DNA of 64,000 nucleotides from positions 96,001 through 160,000 of the forward strand of contig JBHLRZ010000001.1 of NCBI GenBank assembly GCA_048882045.1. Direction: 5' to 3'. Origin of the DNA: Candidatus Thorarchaeota archaeon (GTDB lineage: Archaea > Asgardarchaeota > Thorarchaeia > Thorarchaeales > Thorarchaeaceae). Every line of letters begins with the position of its first letter. Position 1 is the stretch's first letter. Below the pieces are notes generated by a model, which was not told where the DNA came from, did not search any database, and saw only the letters and a program-made list of their open reading frames with translations. A program made the position numbers and the translations under genes. Positions 29,634 to 39,416 of the stretch are shown piece by piece.

Positions 29634-29811
29634 ATTTACACTCCTTCTTTCTTGATTCTGAGAAGGTTGCAAAGGATATCTATTTGCGTGAAGCTTTTGG
29701 GTGTGGTTTTAGCTTGAACAAGAAAGTTCAGAGCTCAAACACGAAACGGCAAGTGCGGTTTTGAGACGAACTATCTCTCAAGATATATCAAGAACTTCAT
29801 CCATTGAGATT

Positions 29812-30180
29812 ATGGTGTCAGAACTGGCAGGAATTGTCTTCTATAGAACAACAATGCTTGAAACAATCGTTGACTTCTATGTGAACGATGTTGGGATGCA
29901 CATCTGGTTGGAACAGGATGATTGTACAATTCTAAGTCATGGAAATCTCCTGCTTGGATTCTGTAATCGTGATACAGTAGAGGTGGACTCTGTGATCTGT
30001 TTCTTTTATCCTACTGAGGATGATGTGGATGCCATGTATGAATTACTCAAAAACATCGCATCAACCGAACCAGCTATCAGTGAGAAATATCAGATCTACC
30101 AGTTCTTCGCAGAAGATCCAGAGGGTCGAGCTTTGGAATTCCAATCTTTCCTTCATCCAGTAGAACCAATCGGCTTTTAG
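29812..30180 (+). CDS. VOC/glyoxalase family protein
   Basis: DFYVNDVGM; FFAEDPEGRALEFQ. Confidence 0.85.
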   Translation: MVSELAGIVFYRTTMLETIVDFYVNDVGMHIWLEQDDCTILSHGNLLLGFCNRDTVEVDSVICFFYPTEDDVDAMYELLKNIASTEPAISEKYQIYQFFAEDPEGRALEFQSFLHPVEPIGF

Positions 30181-30181
30181 C

Positions 30182-30769
30182 TTAGAGTGCAACCAGAGTG
30201 CTAGTTTCGACAGTCCAACCCAGTTCTTTTGCTGTCTTGAAGGCTTCACATGCCTCATTGTATTTACCAATAATCCAGAGGACTAAACGGAGTTTGTTCC
30301 ATAAATTGGGATCTTTCTTGTCCTCTTTGATCTCTTTTCGTATATTCTTGACCAACTTCTTATATTCCTTGATCTCGAGCTTTCTAGATTCTTGAGCCTT
30401 CTTCAAGATTTCATGTATCTGATCACTCAGGATTCCGACAGGATATTTCAAAAACTCATCTGGCCTTTCTTTCATGAATGAATTGATTGCAGATTTTGGA
30501 GTGTCCTTCGCCCTCCAAAGCTCTCCATTGACCAATTTTTCTTCATATCCGCTCTGCATGAACTCCATCAATTCTTGAAGATTCGATGTGATTTCATGAT
30601 CAGCACCTAGTGTCTTCTGACACCAGTCTAATTCACGATAAACAAGCTCTGAACCAACAACGTATGTAACTCGAGGGGTGGCCTCTATCCGCTTCAAATC
30701 GTTTAGAAGGTCCTTGACAGTGTATTGCTTTCTCTTAGTCAGTTTCGTGGCCACCGTAGCTTCACCCAC
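30182..30769 (-). CDS. Hypothetical protein with C-terminal TPR-like repeat
   Basis: DPNLWNKL..IGKYNEACEAFKTAKELG. Confidence 0.6.
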   Translation of the reverse strand: MGEATVATKLTKRKQYTVKDLLNDLKRIEATPRVTYVVGSELVYRELDWCQKTLGADHEITSNLQELMEFMQSGYEEKLVNGELWRAKDTPKSAINSFMKERPDEFLKYPVGILSDQIHEILKKAQESRKLEIKEYKKLVKNIRKEIKEDKKDPNLWNKLRLVLWIIGKYNEACEAFKTAKELGWTVETSTLVAL

Positions 30770-30826
30770 CTGATGTTATGCTACTACTCTTTTGCCTGAT
30801 AAATAATATCAGCGTGTAGTTCCAAG

Positions 30827-32182
30827 TTAGTATGAAACGTGCAATTGGACTCTCTGCACGTATTTCTTAATGTCAAACTTTCTCTTGAGCCCGTTGGCAT
30901 TCATGTAACGTACCTTTCCGAAAATCTCACGTTCCTTCCAGGCTCTGTCATGCTTTCCAAAACACCATGCTACGCCGGTATAGCCATTCGGGTCACGACC
31001 ATCAAGTTCGTACCTGTTGTTTAGAGTTATACATGTGTTATAGGCATCCTCAGGTGACTCACTCCATTCGAGAATCTTCTTGCCCCAATACATCCTCATG
31101 TATCCGTGCATCTTTCCATAATTCCTCATTTCGTGTTGTGCAGCATTCCAGTATGGATCGTGCGTCTTGGCCTGTTCAAACTCACGAAAAGAGTAGTTGT
31201 ATTCTCGAGGGTCTAGAGCATGGATATCGAGGGTTTCTTTTGCCCAATTAGGTAGACAATCGATATTGTCATAGTCATCATTGAAGTAAACAAAGTTCAT
31301 ACTTAGCTCTCTTCGTACAACAAGCTCTTCGATATAGGATTCTGAACCAAGACTCTGGCTCTTCATAATCTCAAGGGCGATATCCAAGGGAGAAACTTGG
31401 CCAAAGTGCAAGTAAGGACTCATTTTCGAGAGTCTATCATGAGCAGGATCGTTTCGTCGGGTGTCGAAAACGTCCAAATCATTTGCTATGAATCTTCTAA
31501 GCATACGTCTAGCAGAGCTGGTACCGCCTTGGAGCTGAATCTGTTGGTGCGTTCGATTCTTAAAACGGAGGTCTTTCAAGACTGCTTCTATGTCAATGAG
31601 ATCAACATCTCCTTGTTCGAACTCTCCAAATCGGTTCTTCAGGCGTCGCTTTTGTACAGGTATTAGATAGTCGTCGAGGAGTCTGTTAAGTTTTGGTCTA
31701 ATAGTACCAGCAGAGTATTGTTCTTTCTGCGAAACTGTTTCAATTGGTACAATAACATTCGATTCAACCTGGTGCAAAGAACATTCAAGAGACCCCGCCA
31801 ATTTCAACCTCCACTTTCTCTGTGGTCTTAGATAATCTCGGTCAACGACTACAATGGAAGCATCTTCACCAAGATCAGAAACAATCTTTGTTGGAACATC
31901 ACGATAGATTACAAAGGGGATTCCTCGTTTCTTAAGAGATTCCTTCACTTCCGACAGGCCTTGGAGCATGAATCGATAGTGTGACACATTAGCTTCTGGA
32001 TAATTATCAAGAAGGCAAAATACTACAGCAAGTGGTTGATTGAGTTTGTTGGATTGGTCTATTGCATATTCCAGAGCATGATTACATTCTGCCCTTTGGG
32101 AAGCTTGCATCCAATAGAGAACATACTTTCCATTCTGAACTGAATTTGTGTTCAGTTTACTTATTCGATTGTTGTGAATCAA
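30827..32182 (-). CDS. phr: Class II CPD DNA photolyase
   Basis: VLYWMQ..R..NHAL, SPYLHFGQ, HGYMRMYWGKKILEW, DGRDPNGY, HDRAW.ER.IFGKVRYM. Confidence 0.93.
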   Translation of the reverse strand: MIHNNRISKLNTNSVQNGKYVLYWMQASQRAECNHALEYAIDQSNKLNQPLAVVFCLLDNYPEANVSHYRFMLQGLSEVKESLKKRGIPFVIYRDVPTKIVSDLGEDASIVVVDRDYLRPQRKWRLKLAGSLECSLHQVESNVIVPIETVSQKEQYSAGTIRPKLNRLLDDYLIPVQKRRLKNRFGEFEQGDVDLIDIEAVLKDLRFKNRTHQQIQLQGGTSSARRMLRRFIANDLDVFDTRRNDPAHDRLSKMSPYLHFGQVSPLDIALEIMKSQSLGSESYIEELVVRRELSMNFVYFNDDYDNIDCLPNWAKETLDIHALDPREYNYSFREFEQAKTHDPYWNAAQHEMRNYGKMHGYMRMYWGKKILEWSESPEDAYNTCITLNNRYELDGRDPNGYTGVAWCFGKHDRAWKEREIFGKVRYMNANGLKRKFDIKKYVQRVQLHVSY

Positions 32183-32221
32183 CTCATTCTTTCAGTTGAG
32201 TGGTGACTAATGAAGAGTTTG

Positions 32222-32992
32222 TTAGAAGGGTAGTTGCCAAAGCATCCACTCGGGGAGGAGAAGGTATAGTCGCACATAGATGGCGAATATCAACACTATG
32301 AGTGAAAGGCATACCACACCCCAGTCCCTCTTTCTGAATGAGAGAGTATACATGTATGTGCGGTTCTCACTGGCTCCGAAACCTCTAGATTCCATGCTCT
32401 CTGCAATGGAGAGAGCGCGTCTTATTGACACTATAATTAAAGGAACAATAATTGGAACGATGTTCCGAATTCTCTTCAACAAGTTCCCCTTGTCAAGCTC
32501 AACGCCTCGAGCTTTTTGTGCATCCATGATAGCATAGGCTTCTTGTCCAAGAGTAGGAACATATCTCATCGCCATACTCATTGCAAAGGCAAACTCGAAA
32601 GGGACTCGCATCTGGATTAGTGCCTGAGAAAGCTCCTCAGGATGTACCGTGAGAAAGAAAATGGAGAAGGAGGTCATCAAGGCTACCAGTCTGATAGTAA
32701 GAGCCAATGAGTGGGAGAAAGGATTAGGTCCTGTAGAGAGCAGTGTATTGAAGACGATGATGAAAATGAGTAGAACTGATAGCCCCTTCATGCTTCGAAC
32801 CCAACGCCTTAGAGACTTTGCTGCAAACAGGATTGGAACTAGGCAGAAGAAGATAATTAATAGAGGGAGTATCTCCAAAAAGAGAAGTGATACCACAGCA
32901 AGAACTATGGCCATGAACATCTTTGCTCTTGGGTCGAGCTTGTGTATTACAGAGTTTTGTCGAGTGTACTGGAAGACATCGAGGAATGACAT
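32222..32992 (-). CDS. ecfT: ECF transporter transmembrane component T
   Basis: HKLDPRAK, AQKARG, AESMESRGF. Confidence 0.92.
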   Translation of the reverse strand: MSFLDVFQYTRQNSVIHKLDPRAKMFMAIVLAVVSLLFLEILPLLIIFFCLVPILFAAKSLRRWVRSMKGLSVLLIFIIVFNTLLSTGPNPFSHSLALTIRLVALMTSFSIFFLTVHPEELSQALIQMRVPFEFAFAMSMAMRYVPTLGQEAYAIMDAQKARGVELDKGNLLKRIRNIVPIIVPLIIVSIRRALSIAESMESRGFGASENRTYMYTLSFRKRDWGVVCLSLIVLIFAIYVRLYLLLPEWMLWQLPF

Positions 32993-32993
32993 C

Positions 32994-33818
32994 TTAGGCA
33001 CCTCCAAGAATCTTTGCGACAACTTCTTCCAGATCATCCATCAATGTGATTCTTTCATGAACCTCAGGGAACATTTCATGAAGATGCTGTGCAGCTTCGG
33101 TGAGTTGAGGTTTCGTGAGTGAACATTCCTCTATTACAGTGTCATTACTGAGGACTGAGTTAGTAGGACCATCAGCTACAATAAGTCCATTTGCCATTGC
33201 AATCGTTCGTGGAAAGTTCTCAATTACAAATTCGATATCATGGGTAACCACAATCACTGTCTTGCCTTGTTCATTCAATTCACTGAGCATCTTTGCGAGA
33301 TTTTCCTTCTGCTTGGCATCCTGACCTATTGTTGGTTCATCTAGAGACAGTATTCTTGGCGCAGTGGCAAGAACTGAAGCAAGTGCGACCCGTTTCCTTT
33401 CACCCCCAGAGAGTGTGAATGGGGATCTTTCAGAGAGCTCTTCGAGTCCTAGGTTAGATAGTGTTTCCTCACACCTGTCCTCAGCATCATCCTTAGAGTA
33501 TCCAAGGTTCTCCAGACTAAACATCAGCTCTCGCCTGACACTATCAAGGAAGAGCTGATGGTCGGGATTCTGCATGACTAGTCCTATCTCGCGGGAAAGT
33601 TCAGCAACCGAATAGTGCTTTGTGTCAACACCGTCAAGAATTACACGACCACTGTCTGGTCGGAGTAGTCCATTGAGGTGTTTCACAAGTGTCGTCTTAC
33701 CTGCTCCATTACTACCCACTATTGCTATTCTCTCACCGTCATCAATCTGAAGAGATACTCCTCTTAACGCAGTATACAGACCATCATATGCAAAGTGTAC
33801 ATCCTCTAGGAGTATCAT
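32994..33818 (-). CDS. ecfA2: ECF transporter ATPase
   Basis: GSNGAGKTT, QNPDHQ, LSGGE, LDEPT. Confidence 0.9.
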   Translation of the reverse strand: MILLEDVHFAYDGLYTALRGVSLQIDDGERIAIVGSNGAGKTTLVKHLNGLLRPDSGRVILDGVDTKHYSVAELSREIGLVMQNPDHQLFLDSVRRELMFSLENLGYSKDDAEDRCEETLSNLGLEELSERSPFTLSGGERKRVALASVLATAPRILSLDEPTIGQDAKQKENLAKMLSELNEQGKTVIVVTHDIEFVIENFPRTIAMANGLIVADGPTNSVLSNDTVIEECSLTKPQLTEAAQHLHEMFPEVHERITLMDDLEEVVAKILGGA

Positions 33819-34669
33819 CGTTGTTTGACCTCCCGGACAAACTTTGCTAGTTCAGCTCCAGTGAGAGGGACTGATTCGAGTTTGATTCCTTTTTCCTTGA
33901 GTCGTTTGTACAAATTGGTGGCCTTGGGAATTCCGACACCAATGTCCTGACATATGTCCATTGTGAGGACATCTCTTGGTTCACCATCAGCGACGATGCA
34001 ACCATTATCCATCAACACCACACGAGATGCATCCTTTGAAACCAAATCTAAACGATGTTCGACTAGAACTACAGTGAGGTCGCGTCTATTCAAGTTAGCA
34101 ATGATTTCGAGAATATTTTCTGCACTCTTAGGGTCAAGATTCGATGTAGGTTCGTCTGCTACAAGAATCTTGGGTTTGAGAGCAAGTGTAGCGGCTATGG
34201 CGACCCGTTGTTGTTCTCCCCCAGACATCTCATGGGGATGTTTTTCCCTCAAGTGTTCGAGGTCGAGCATATCAATGAGTTCCTCTACTCTGCGACGGAC
34301 CTCATCTGCATCAACACCAAGGTTTTCGGGTCCAAAAGCAATCTCACGTTCTACGTTCAGGGTAACGAGTTGGTTCTCAGGTTGTTGAAAGACAAGACCT
34401 GCAGTCGGTGCGAGCTCTGCAACACTGTGATCTCGAGTGTTTTTTCCATCGACGATGACATTACCTGCGATATACCCACGATGAAACTGAGGCACTAGTC
34501 CATTTATAGCGCGACAGAGGGTTGTCTTCCCACAGCCGGAAGGCCCAGTTATTACAAGAAACTCTCCCTGTTCGATTTTGAGATTTATATGCCGAAGTGC
34601 TAGAGTATCTGCTCCTAGATATTTGAAACTGAAGTCATCAAACTCTACAAGGGGCATTCTACTCATCAC
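33815..34669 (-). CDS. ecfA1: ECF transporter ATPase
   Basis: GPSGCGKTT, QQPENQ, MSGGEQQR, DEPT. Confidence 0.9.
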   Translation of the reverse strand: MMSRMPLVEFDDFSFKYLGADTLALRHINLKIEQGEFLVITGPSGCGKTTLCRAINGLVPQFHRGYIAGNVIVDGKNTRDHSVAELAPTAGLVFQQPENQLVTLNVEREIAFGPENLGVDADEVRRRVEELIDMLDLEHLREKHPHEMSGGEQQRVAIAATLALKPKILVADEPTSNLDPKSAENILEIIANLNRRDLTVVLVEHRLDLVSKDASRVVLMDNGCIVADGEPRDVLTMDICQDIGVGIPKATNLYKRLKEKGIKLESVPLTGAELAKFVREVKQR

Positions 34670-35657
34670 TCTCTATTGATGTGTCCTCAATGGCGCTCCT
34701 AATAATTTCTAGTGATTTCTCGAGAGCTTCATCAAGATGCTTCTTTCCATTTGCACCAGCTGCATTCGCATGTCCACCACCCTCGCCATCTATCAAGACA
34801 CCTATAGTGTCCATCACATCAGTCCCCAGATTGATTCCAGTGCTTTCATAGAATGCGCGAGTGCTTCGTGAGCTGAGCCGAACAGTCCCCTTTCTCGGCG
34901 AGCCTCCTACGATTGCGACGTCTGCGCCAAGCTCGATTAGTCCACGACAAGCGCTAGCTTCAAAAGCATTGATTTTTGAAACTGCGAGAATCCAGTTTCC
35001 TACGAGATGAACCTTTACTCGCCTCGCGGCCTTGAGTCTAGCTATACGTTCGGATCGATCAGGCTGGATGAGTAATGATTTGACACATTCATCATAAACG
35101 GCTCCAGCTCGAACGAGTTTTATTGCAGCTGACAAGGTGTTGGTGTCAGCATAGAAAAATCGACGTGTGTCAAACAACATACCTGTAAGAAGGAGATTTG
35201 CTGTGTCGGAGTCAATAGAAATCCCAAGTTCTTCGAATACATCTACTAATATCTCACATGTTGATGATTTCTCGCTGTGGACAATCTGATATTTTGCCAA
35301 AGAGTCGATTTCCAGATTCGCTTCATGATGGTCAACGACTAACGTAATCGTAGAATCAATAATGATGTCCTGGAGGGCAGGTCCTAGCTGGAACCGGCTG
35401 TTTGTATCAATAAGTACATAGAAATCATGAGATTCATCAGACGTCTTCTTTATGGATACGTCAGGAGCAAACTTCCTGAGAACTTGATTTGATAGTTTGC
35501 TACTATCATCTGCTACGAGGGTAGCGAAACCTGATGGATTAATTAATCCGTAAAGACGCGCAAATGCAATCATTGCACAAACTGCATCTGGATCAGCATT
35601 CTGATGACCAATAATTAGAGGTTTCTCGACATCTTTGAGTATCTCGTTGAGGTTCAC
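34659..35657 (-). CDS. DHH family phosphoesterase
   Basis: GHQNADPDA, VDHH, DT, GGGHANAAG. Confidence 0.9.
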   Translation of the reverse strand: MNLNEILKDVEKPLIIGHQNADPDAVCAMIAFARLYGLINPSGFATLVADDSSKLSNQVLRKFAPDVSIKKTSDESHDFYVLIDTNSRFQLGPALQDIIIDSTITLVVDHHEANLEIDSLAKYQIVHSEKSSTCEILVDVFEELGISIDSDTANLLLTGMLFDTRRFFYADTNTLSAAIKLVRAGAVYDECVKSLLIQPDRSERIARLKAARRVKVHLVGNWILAVSKINAFEASACRGLIELGADVAIVGGSPRKGTVRLSSRSTRAFYESTGINLGTDVMDTIGVLIDGEGGGHANAAGANGKKHLDEALEKSLEIIRSAIEDTSIESDE

Positions 35658-35965
35658 TGACCCTTCATCTCCGTCAACTGTTTCTCAAGCCACTCAATCC
35701 CGAAGTCTGTTGCCTCCCGTAATAGGTCATCAAGTGAGTGCCCTGTATCAAAGACCTGGCTTAGCTCAATTTGGACATCGAGGTCAAGCTGGCCATTCTC
35801 TAAATCGAGGGTACAGCTGACGAACATACTCTCTATGCTTTTCTCTGGAATCTTTTCTACAATATAGCCACTAATCTGAGCCTCGCAGTCCTCTGTAAGC
35901 TTCTCTAGGGCTTCCTCCGACAGTTCCGGTAGCCCGATGCTCAGTACTGGACTCATCTCTCTCAC
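35654..35965 (-). CDS. DUF3194 family protein
   Basis: IGLPELSEE motif and position between pfdB and DHH gene. Confidence 0.7.
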   Translation of the reverse strand: MREMSPVLSIGLPELSEEALEKLTEDCEAQISGYIVEKIPEKSIESMFVSCTLDLENGQLDLDVQIELSQVFDTGHSLDDLLREATDFGIEWLEKQLTEMKGQ

Positions 35966-36324
35966 TGAAGACGCAGATTGCGTTTTGAAAGCTCTATTTC
36001 AATCTTAGACTGAAGCTCCTTCAATTGCTCAGCTAGTTTCTCGGTCTGTTTTGAGGTGGAGGCAAGTCGCATCTCAATGGTCTTTTGTCGGTCCTCAAGC
36101 TCTTCCTGAACGGCGGGTTTTTCAACCTTGAACATGACCTGTCCTACAGCCTTGTAGGTAACAACGTCATCAGATTGCTTCTTCAGTTCCTCAAGTGTCC
36201 CTTTGATTTCAGTGAGTTCTGCTTGAAGTGTCTGGGACATAGCTACCAGTGTTTCATGATTACGACGCATGGTATCAAATTTCTGAAGTTCCTGCTCGAG
36301 TGCGGGAGGTATTGTCTGGGCCAT
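35962..36324 (-). CDS. pfdB: Prefoldin beta subunit
   Basis: Coiled coils flanking YKAVGQVMFK hairpin; exosome-operon context. Confidence 0.9.
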   Translation of the reverse strand: MAQTIPPALEQELQKFDTMRRNHETLVAMSQTLQAELTEIKGTLEELKKQSDDVVTYKAVGQVMFKVEKPAVQEELEDRQKTIEMRLASTSKQTEKLAEQLKELQSKIEIELSKRNLRLQ

Positions 36325-36405
36325 TATTGATTCACTCCTTATCACAAAACGGCACGTTTCAGACTGCGCCTTCTGAGATGGGACTTAAAGTTTTGCTAAG
36401 GAACA

Positions 36406-36672
36406 TCAAGTGAGTTCAACTGTTCGGAGACATGCAGACACCCACGCAATGTAGGAATTCATTGCAGCTCTAAGGGCAGTGATGTCGTTCGCCTCTACTT
36501 TGATTACAAGGACATTGTCACGAATTGATACGTTGGTCGTGGCTCTATCAGAAGGACCCGATTTGGTTTCAGGACTCAAAGCAGCCAACAGTAGTTCTGC
36601 GGTTTCCTTGGATTCCAAAGGGATTTCAATAGTAGATTTTCCCTTCATAAGGCCATTATTCATTTTCCTCAC
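36406..36672 (-). CDS. pcc1: KEOPS complex subunit Pcc1
   Basis: ALSPE..DR..EANDITALRAAMNSY. Confidence 0.88.
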   Translation of the reverse strand: MRKMNNGLMKGKSTIEIPLESKETAELLLAALSPETKSGPSDRATTNVSIRDNVLVIKVEANDITALRAAMNSYIAWVSACLRTVELT

Positions 36673-37219
36673 TTCTTCTGATAGAGGTCACCCTGATTCT
36701 TGGACCTATCTCTATGCCATCAGTAGTGTGATAATGCGTCCAAAGAATCTTTCCAGGAGTGTCGTCCTGTAACCAGATCAGTGTCTGTCCAGGATCCATA
36801 TTGGTAGTTTCTATATGGGAAACTTCTTTCAAGTCTAGATTCATGAGTGTCGACAACAATCTTCCCAAGGCATGAGTCTTGTAACTGCTCTCTGATTCAA
36901 CAAAGACTCCATATACTGCGTTAGTTCTTAGCTTTTCTGTATTTACTTCGCGACGGAGCATTGCCATCTCAATCTTGATGGAGGCTAGTTCTTCTTTACT
37001 AGACGAGGTGAAACTGAGAATACTTGGATTACCTTTCCACATAGAAATAATGAGAGCTGCATTTGCTCCAGTCTGTCTAACCCGCGAAGCTATTTCTGAA
37101 AGCCCCATACCACCACGATTGAATCGTTCAGTCCCTGGAAGTACAGTCCAAAGGTCACGTGCAAAAGCACGTACTCGATTGGATGTCTTCCTTGAAGTGG
37201 TAATTAAAAGACTAGGCAA
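36656..37219 (-). CDS. Brix/Imp4-domain ribosome biogenesis protein
   Basis: LITTSRKTSNRVRAFARDL..NRG..KGNP..IGPRIRV. Confidence 0.88.
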   Translation of the reverse strand: MPSLLITTSRKTSNRVRAFARDLWTVLPGTERFNRGGMGLSEIASRVRQTGANAALIISMWKGNPSILSFTSSSKEELASIKIEMAMLRREVNTEKLRTNAVYGVFVESESSYKTHALGRLLSTLMNLDLKEVSHIETTNMDPGQTLIWLQDDTPGKILWTHYHTTDGIEIGPRIRVTSIRRSEENE

Positions 37220-37236
37220 GACAGTCAGGCCTTTGA

Positions 37237-37644
37237 TTATTCTTCTGATTCAGCTGTAGGTACAGGTTCTTCTCCAGATTCAGCAATATCAGATTCTTCA
37301 ACGACATCTTCCTTCTCGACATTAGGAAGAAAATCTAGTGCATCTTCGATGTCTTCATCATCACGTAGGGCCAGAAAATCACCAGAAACCCTCTGGGCAA
37401 TAGCTCGTTTTGCAGCTTTTCCAGCATCTGTGTAGGGCACGTAAGCTCCTCCAGCAAAAAGTAAATCACATTTGCTGCATCGCCATAGTCCAACAGCCTT
37501 TCTCTTCAATGCTTTTGTAGCACATGCTGGACAGCGATTCGGCTCATTTCGTTTCTTCTCGATATCAAGGACTCTTCGTCGAAGTTTCGCACCATACCTT
37601 GATCCGAATCTACCAGTGCTACCAACCTTCTTGGTTCGTGCCAT
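37237..37644 (-). CDS. rpl37ae: 50S ribosomal protein L37Ae (eL43) with acidic C-terminal extension
   Basis: RTKKVGSTGRFGSRYG, CPAC..WRCSKC, AGGAY. Confidence 0.95.
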   Translation of the reverse strand: MARTKKVGSTGRFGSRYGAKLRRRVLDIEKKRNEPNRCPACATKALKRKAVGLWRCSKCDLLFAGGAYVPYTDAGKAAKRAIAQRVSGDFLALRDDEDIEDALDFLPNVEKEDVVEESDIAESGEEPVPTAESEE

Positions 37645-37737
37645 TTTCAGGGTCTCCTTACAATTCTGAGGCTGCTGGAACCTATCAGTCGCCCAGCAGT
37701 TTCTCTTATTATCGTTTCTATCCGTAAACAGAAATCA

Positions 37738-37762
37738 GATGACCAGAATGATACTGGTCATC
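37738..37762. other. Intergenic stem-loop between rrp42 and rpl37ae
   Basis: Perfect 9-bp stem GATGACCAG/CTGGTCATC with 7-nt loop. Confidence 0.55.
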
Positions 37763-37771
37763 CTTCATTTT

Positions 37772-38608
37772 CTATTCAACAGACTTTACAGCATCATCGA
37801 TTGCGTTTCTTATGCTCACTGCAGATTCCAGAGCCATTTCCATAGCTTTCTCAACTAATTCCATGGATATAGGACCTGCCCCACCACCTTTCTGCATGGC
37901 TGTGAAGTTGTTTTCTCTGTCCACTGCCATTGTTAGTCTGCAGTCTTGTACAAACTCCTCCTTCAGAATTGGGTCAATGATGATATTCTCATCAATCTTG
38001 GAAACAGTGTGCTCGATTGCAACATTTTTGATTGGCAATGAGATTATTTCACCAGTTTCAACTAGCTTTTTATCTTCCCATTTCATTTCAGGATATTTTG
38101 TAGTTAGTAATGCAGCATTAACAGCAATAGATGATGCATCAATGAGATTACCATCATACTCGAGGGGGTATACGTCTGCAAACACCATGTAGACACTCTT
38201 CCCTTCCTCTATGCAGAGTTTCTTCGCATCCACAGTTTCTGACTCTCGAACTCCACGATCTACAACACGTGCAAGCTCAATAGCATCCTCTTTTGGAGGA
38301 CCAAGCTCGAACAGTGGCGAAGCGATTGGTGACATTTCAGCTGTCACCATTGTAACTCCTTCATCAGGTGTGTCAGGATATGGATCTCCGACAAGGACTT
38401 TCACTCCAGCAACAACACTTGTGTCGCCAAGTCTGACTAGAGCCGATCCTTCAGCCTTTGCATGAACTACGTTGACCTCAATCTCGAGGTCACGGTATTC
38501 TGATGTTCCACGACCGTCAAGACGCTCTCCCTTCCGAAGGAGGTCAGCTATGAAAGCGTGATCAATGTGACTTATTGTTTCTGAGGTATAATCTCCCATT
38601 CTACTCAT
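37772..38608 (-). CDS. rrp42: Exosome complex subunit Rrp42
   Basis: RLDGR..YR, AEGSALVRLGDT, PYPDTPDEG, ELARVVDRGVRES, YDGNLIDA. Confidence 0.95.
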   Translation of the reverse strand: MSRMGDYTSETISHIDHAFIADLLRKGERLDGRGTSEYRDLEIEVNVVHAKAEGSALVRLGDTSVVAGVKVLVGDPYPDTPDEGVTMVTAEMSPIASPLFELGPPKEDAIELARVVDRGVRESETVDAKKLCIEEGKSVYMVFADVYPLEYDGNLIDASSIAVNAALLTTKYPEMKWEDKKLVETGEIISLPIKNVAIEHTVSKIDENIIIDPILKEEFVQDCRLTMAVDRENNFTAMQKGGGAGPISMELVEKAMEMALESAVSIRNAIDDAVKSVE

Positions 38609-39416
38609 CCTCCATCAGTTCAGCTTCACCCAGATCTGTTTCTAGGTCATCATCGTATTCATCTTCGTCATCATCATCATCATCATCGTCAGATTTTTTG
38701 ACGTATGCACGTTTCAGGGCGTCCTTCTGAAGTTCATGGAGATACTTGCATGAATTGATACCCATCTGCATTGCTTCAAGGAGTTCTTCCTTTGAAAAAG
38801 AACCATCCTGTTGTAGAAGAGTGATCTCTTCAGACTGGGGGACTATTGCCATGGGAACATCTCCTTCCCCATACTTGTCCTCTTCATCTCCAAGATCAAC
38901 CAGAAGTTTACCATCAGCTTTTCCTACTGCAACAGCAGGAACCAAGCTGCGCATTGGTATCCCAGCATCTGCAAGTGCCAATGATGCTGCATTAATCGCA
39001 GCACAACGTGTGCCACCATCTGCTTGAATCACTGTAACGAAGACATCTACCACAGCCTTCGGGAATTCCTCTAGGAAGAGCACTGGTCGTAATGCGTTGG
39101 CAATGACCATTGAAATTTCCTTCTCTCTTCGAGAGGGAGCAGGTCTCTTCCTATCAGGAACAGAGAATGTTGCCATTCTATATGTCACCCTTAGATAGGC
39201 TCTGTCATTCAGTGTTAGATGTCTGGGGTGTAACTCACGTGGACCGTAGACTCCAGCTATGATGTATGTCTTACCTTGTCGGATTGACGCGGAGCCATCT
39301 GCCTGTTTGAGCACACCAACCTTTAGCTCAATCGGTCGCATTTCATCAGGTCTGCGACCATCTACTCTCAAGCCCTCTGGACTGATCAAAAAATCAGGCT
39401 TTTCTTCAGGACTCAT
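38601..39416 (-). CDS. rrp41: Exosome complex exonuclease Rrp41 with poly-Asp tail
   Basis: [48 protein letters not shown]. Confidence 0.95.
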   Translation of the reverse strand: MSPEEKPDFLISPEGLRVDGRRPDEMRPIELKVGVLKQADGSASIRQGKTYIIAGVYGPRELHPRHLTLNDRAYLRVTYRMATFSVPDRKRPAPSRREKEISMVIANALRPVLFLEEFPKAVVDVFVTVIQADGGTRCAAINAASLALADAGIPMRSLVPAVAVGKADGKLLVDLGDEEDKYGEGDVPMAIVPQSEEITLLQQDGSFSKEELLEAMQMGINSCKYLHELQKDALKRAYVKKSDDDDDDDDEDEYDDDLETDLGEAELMEDE

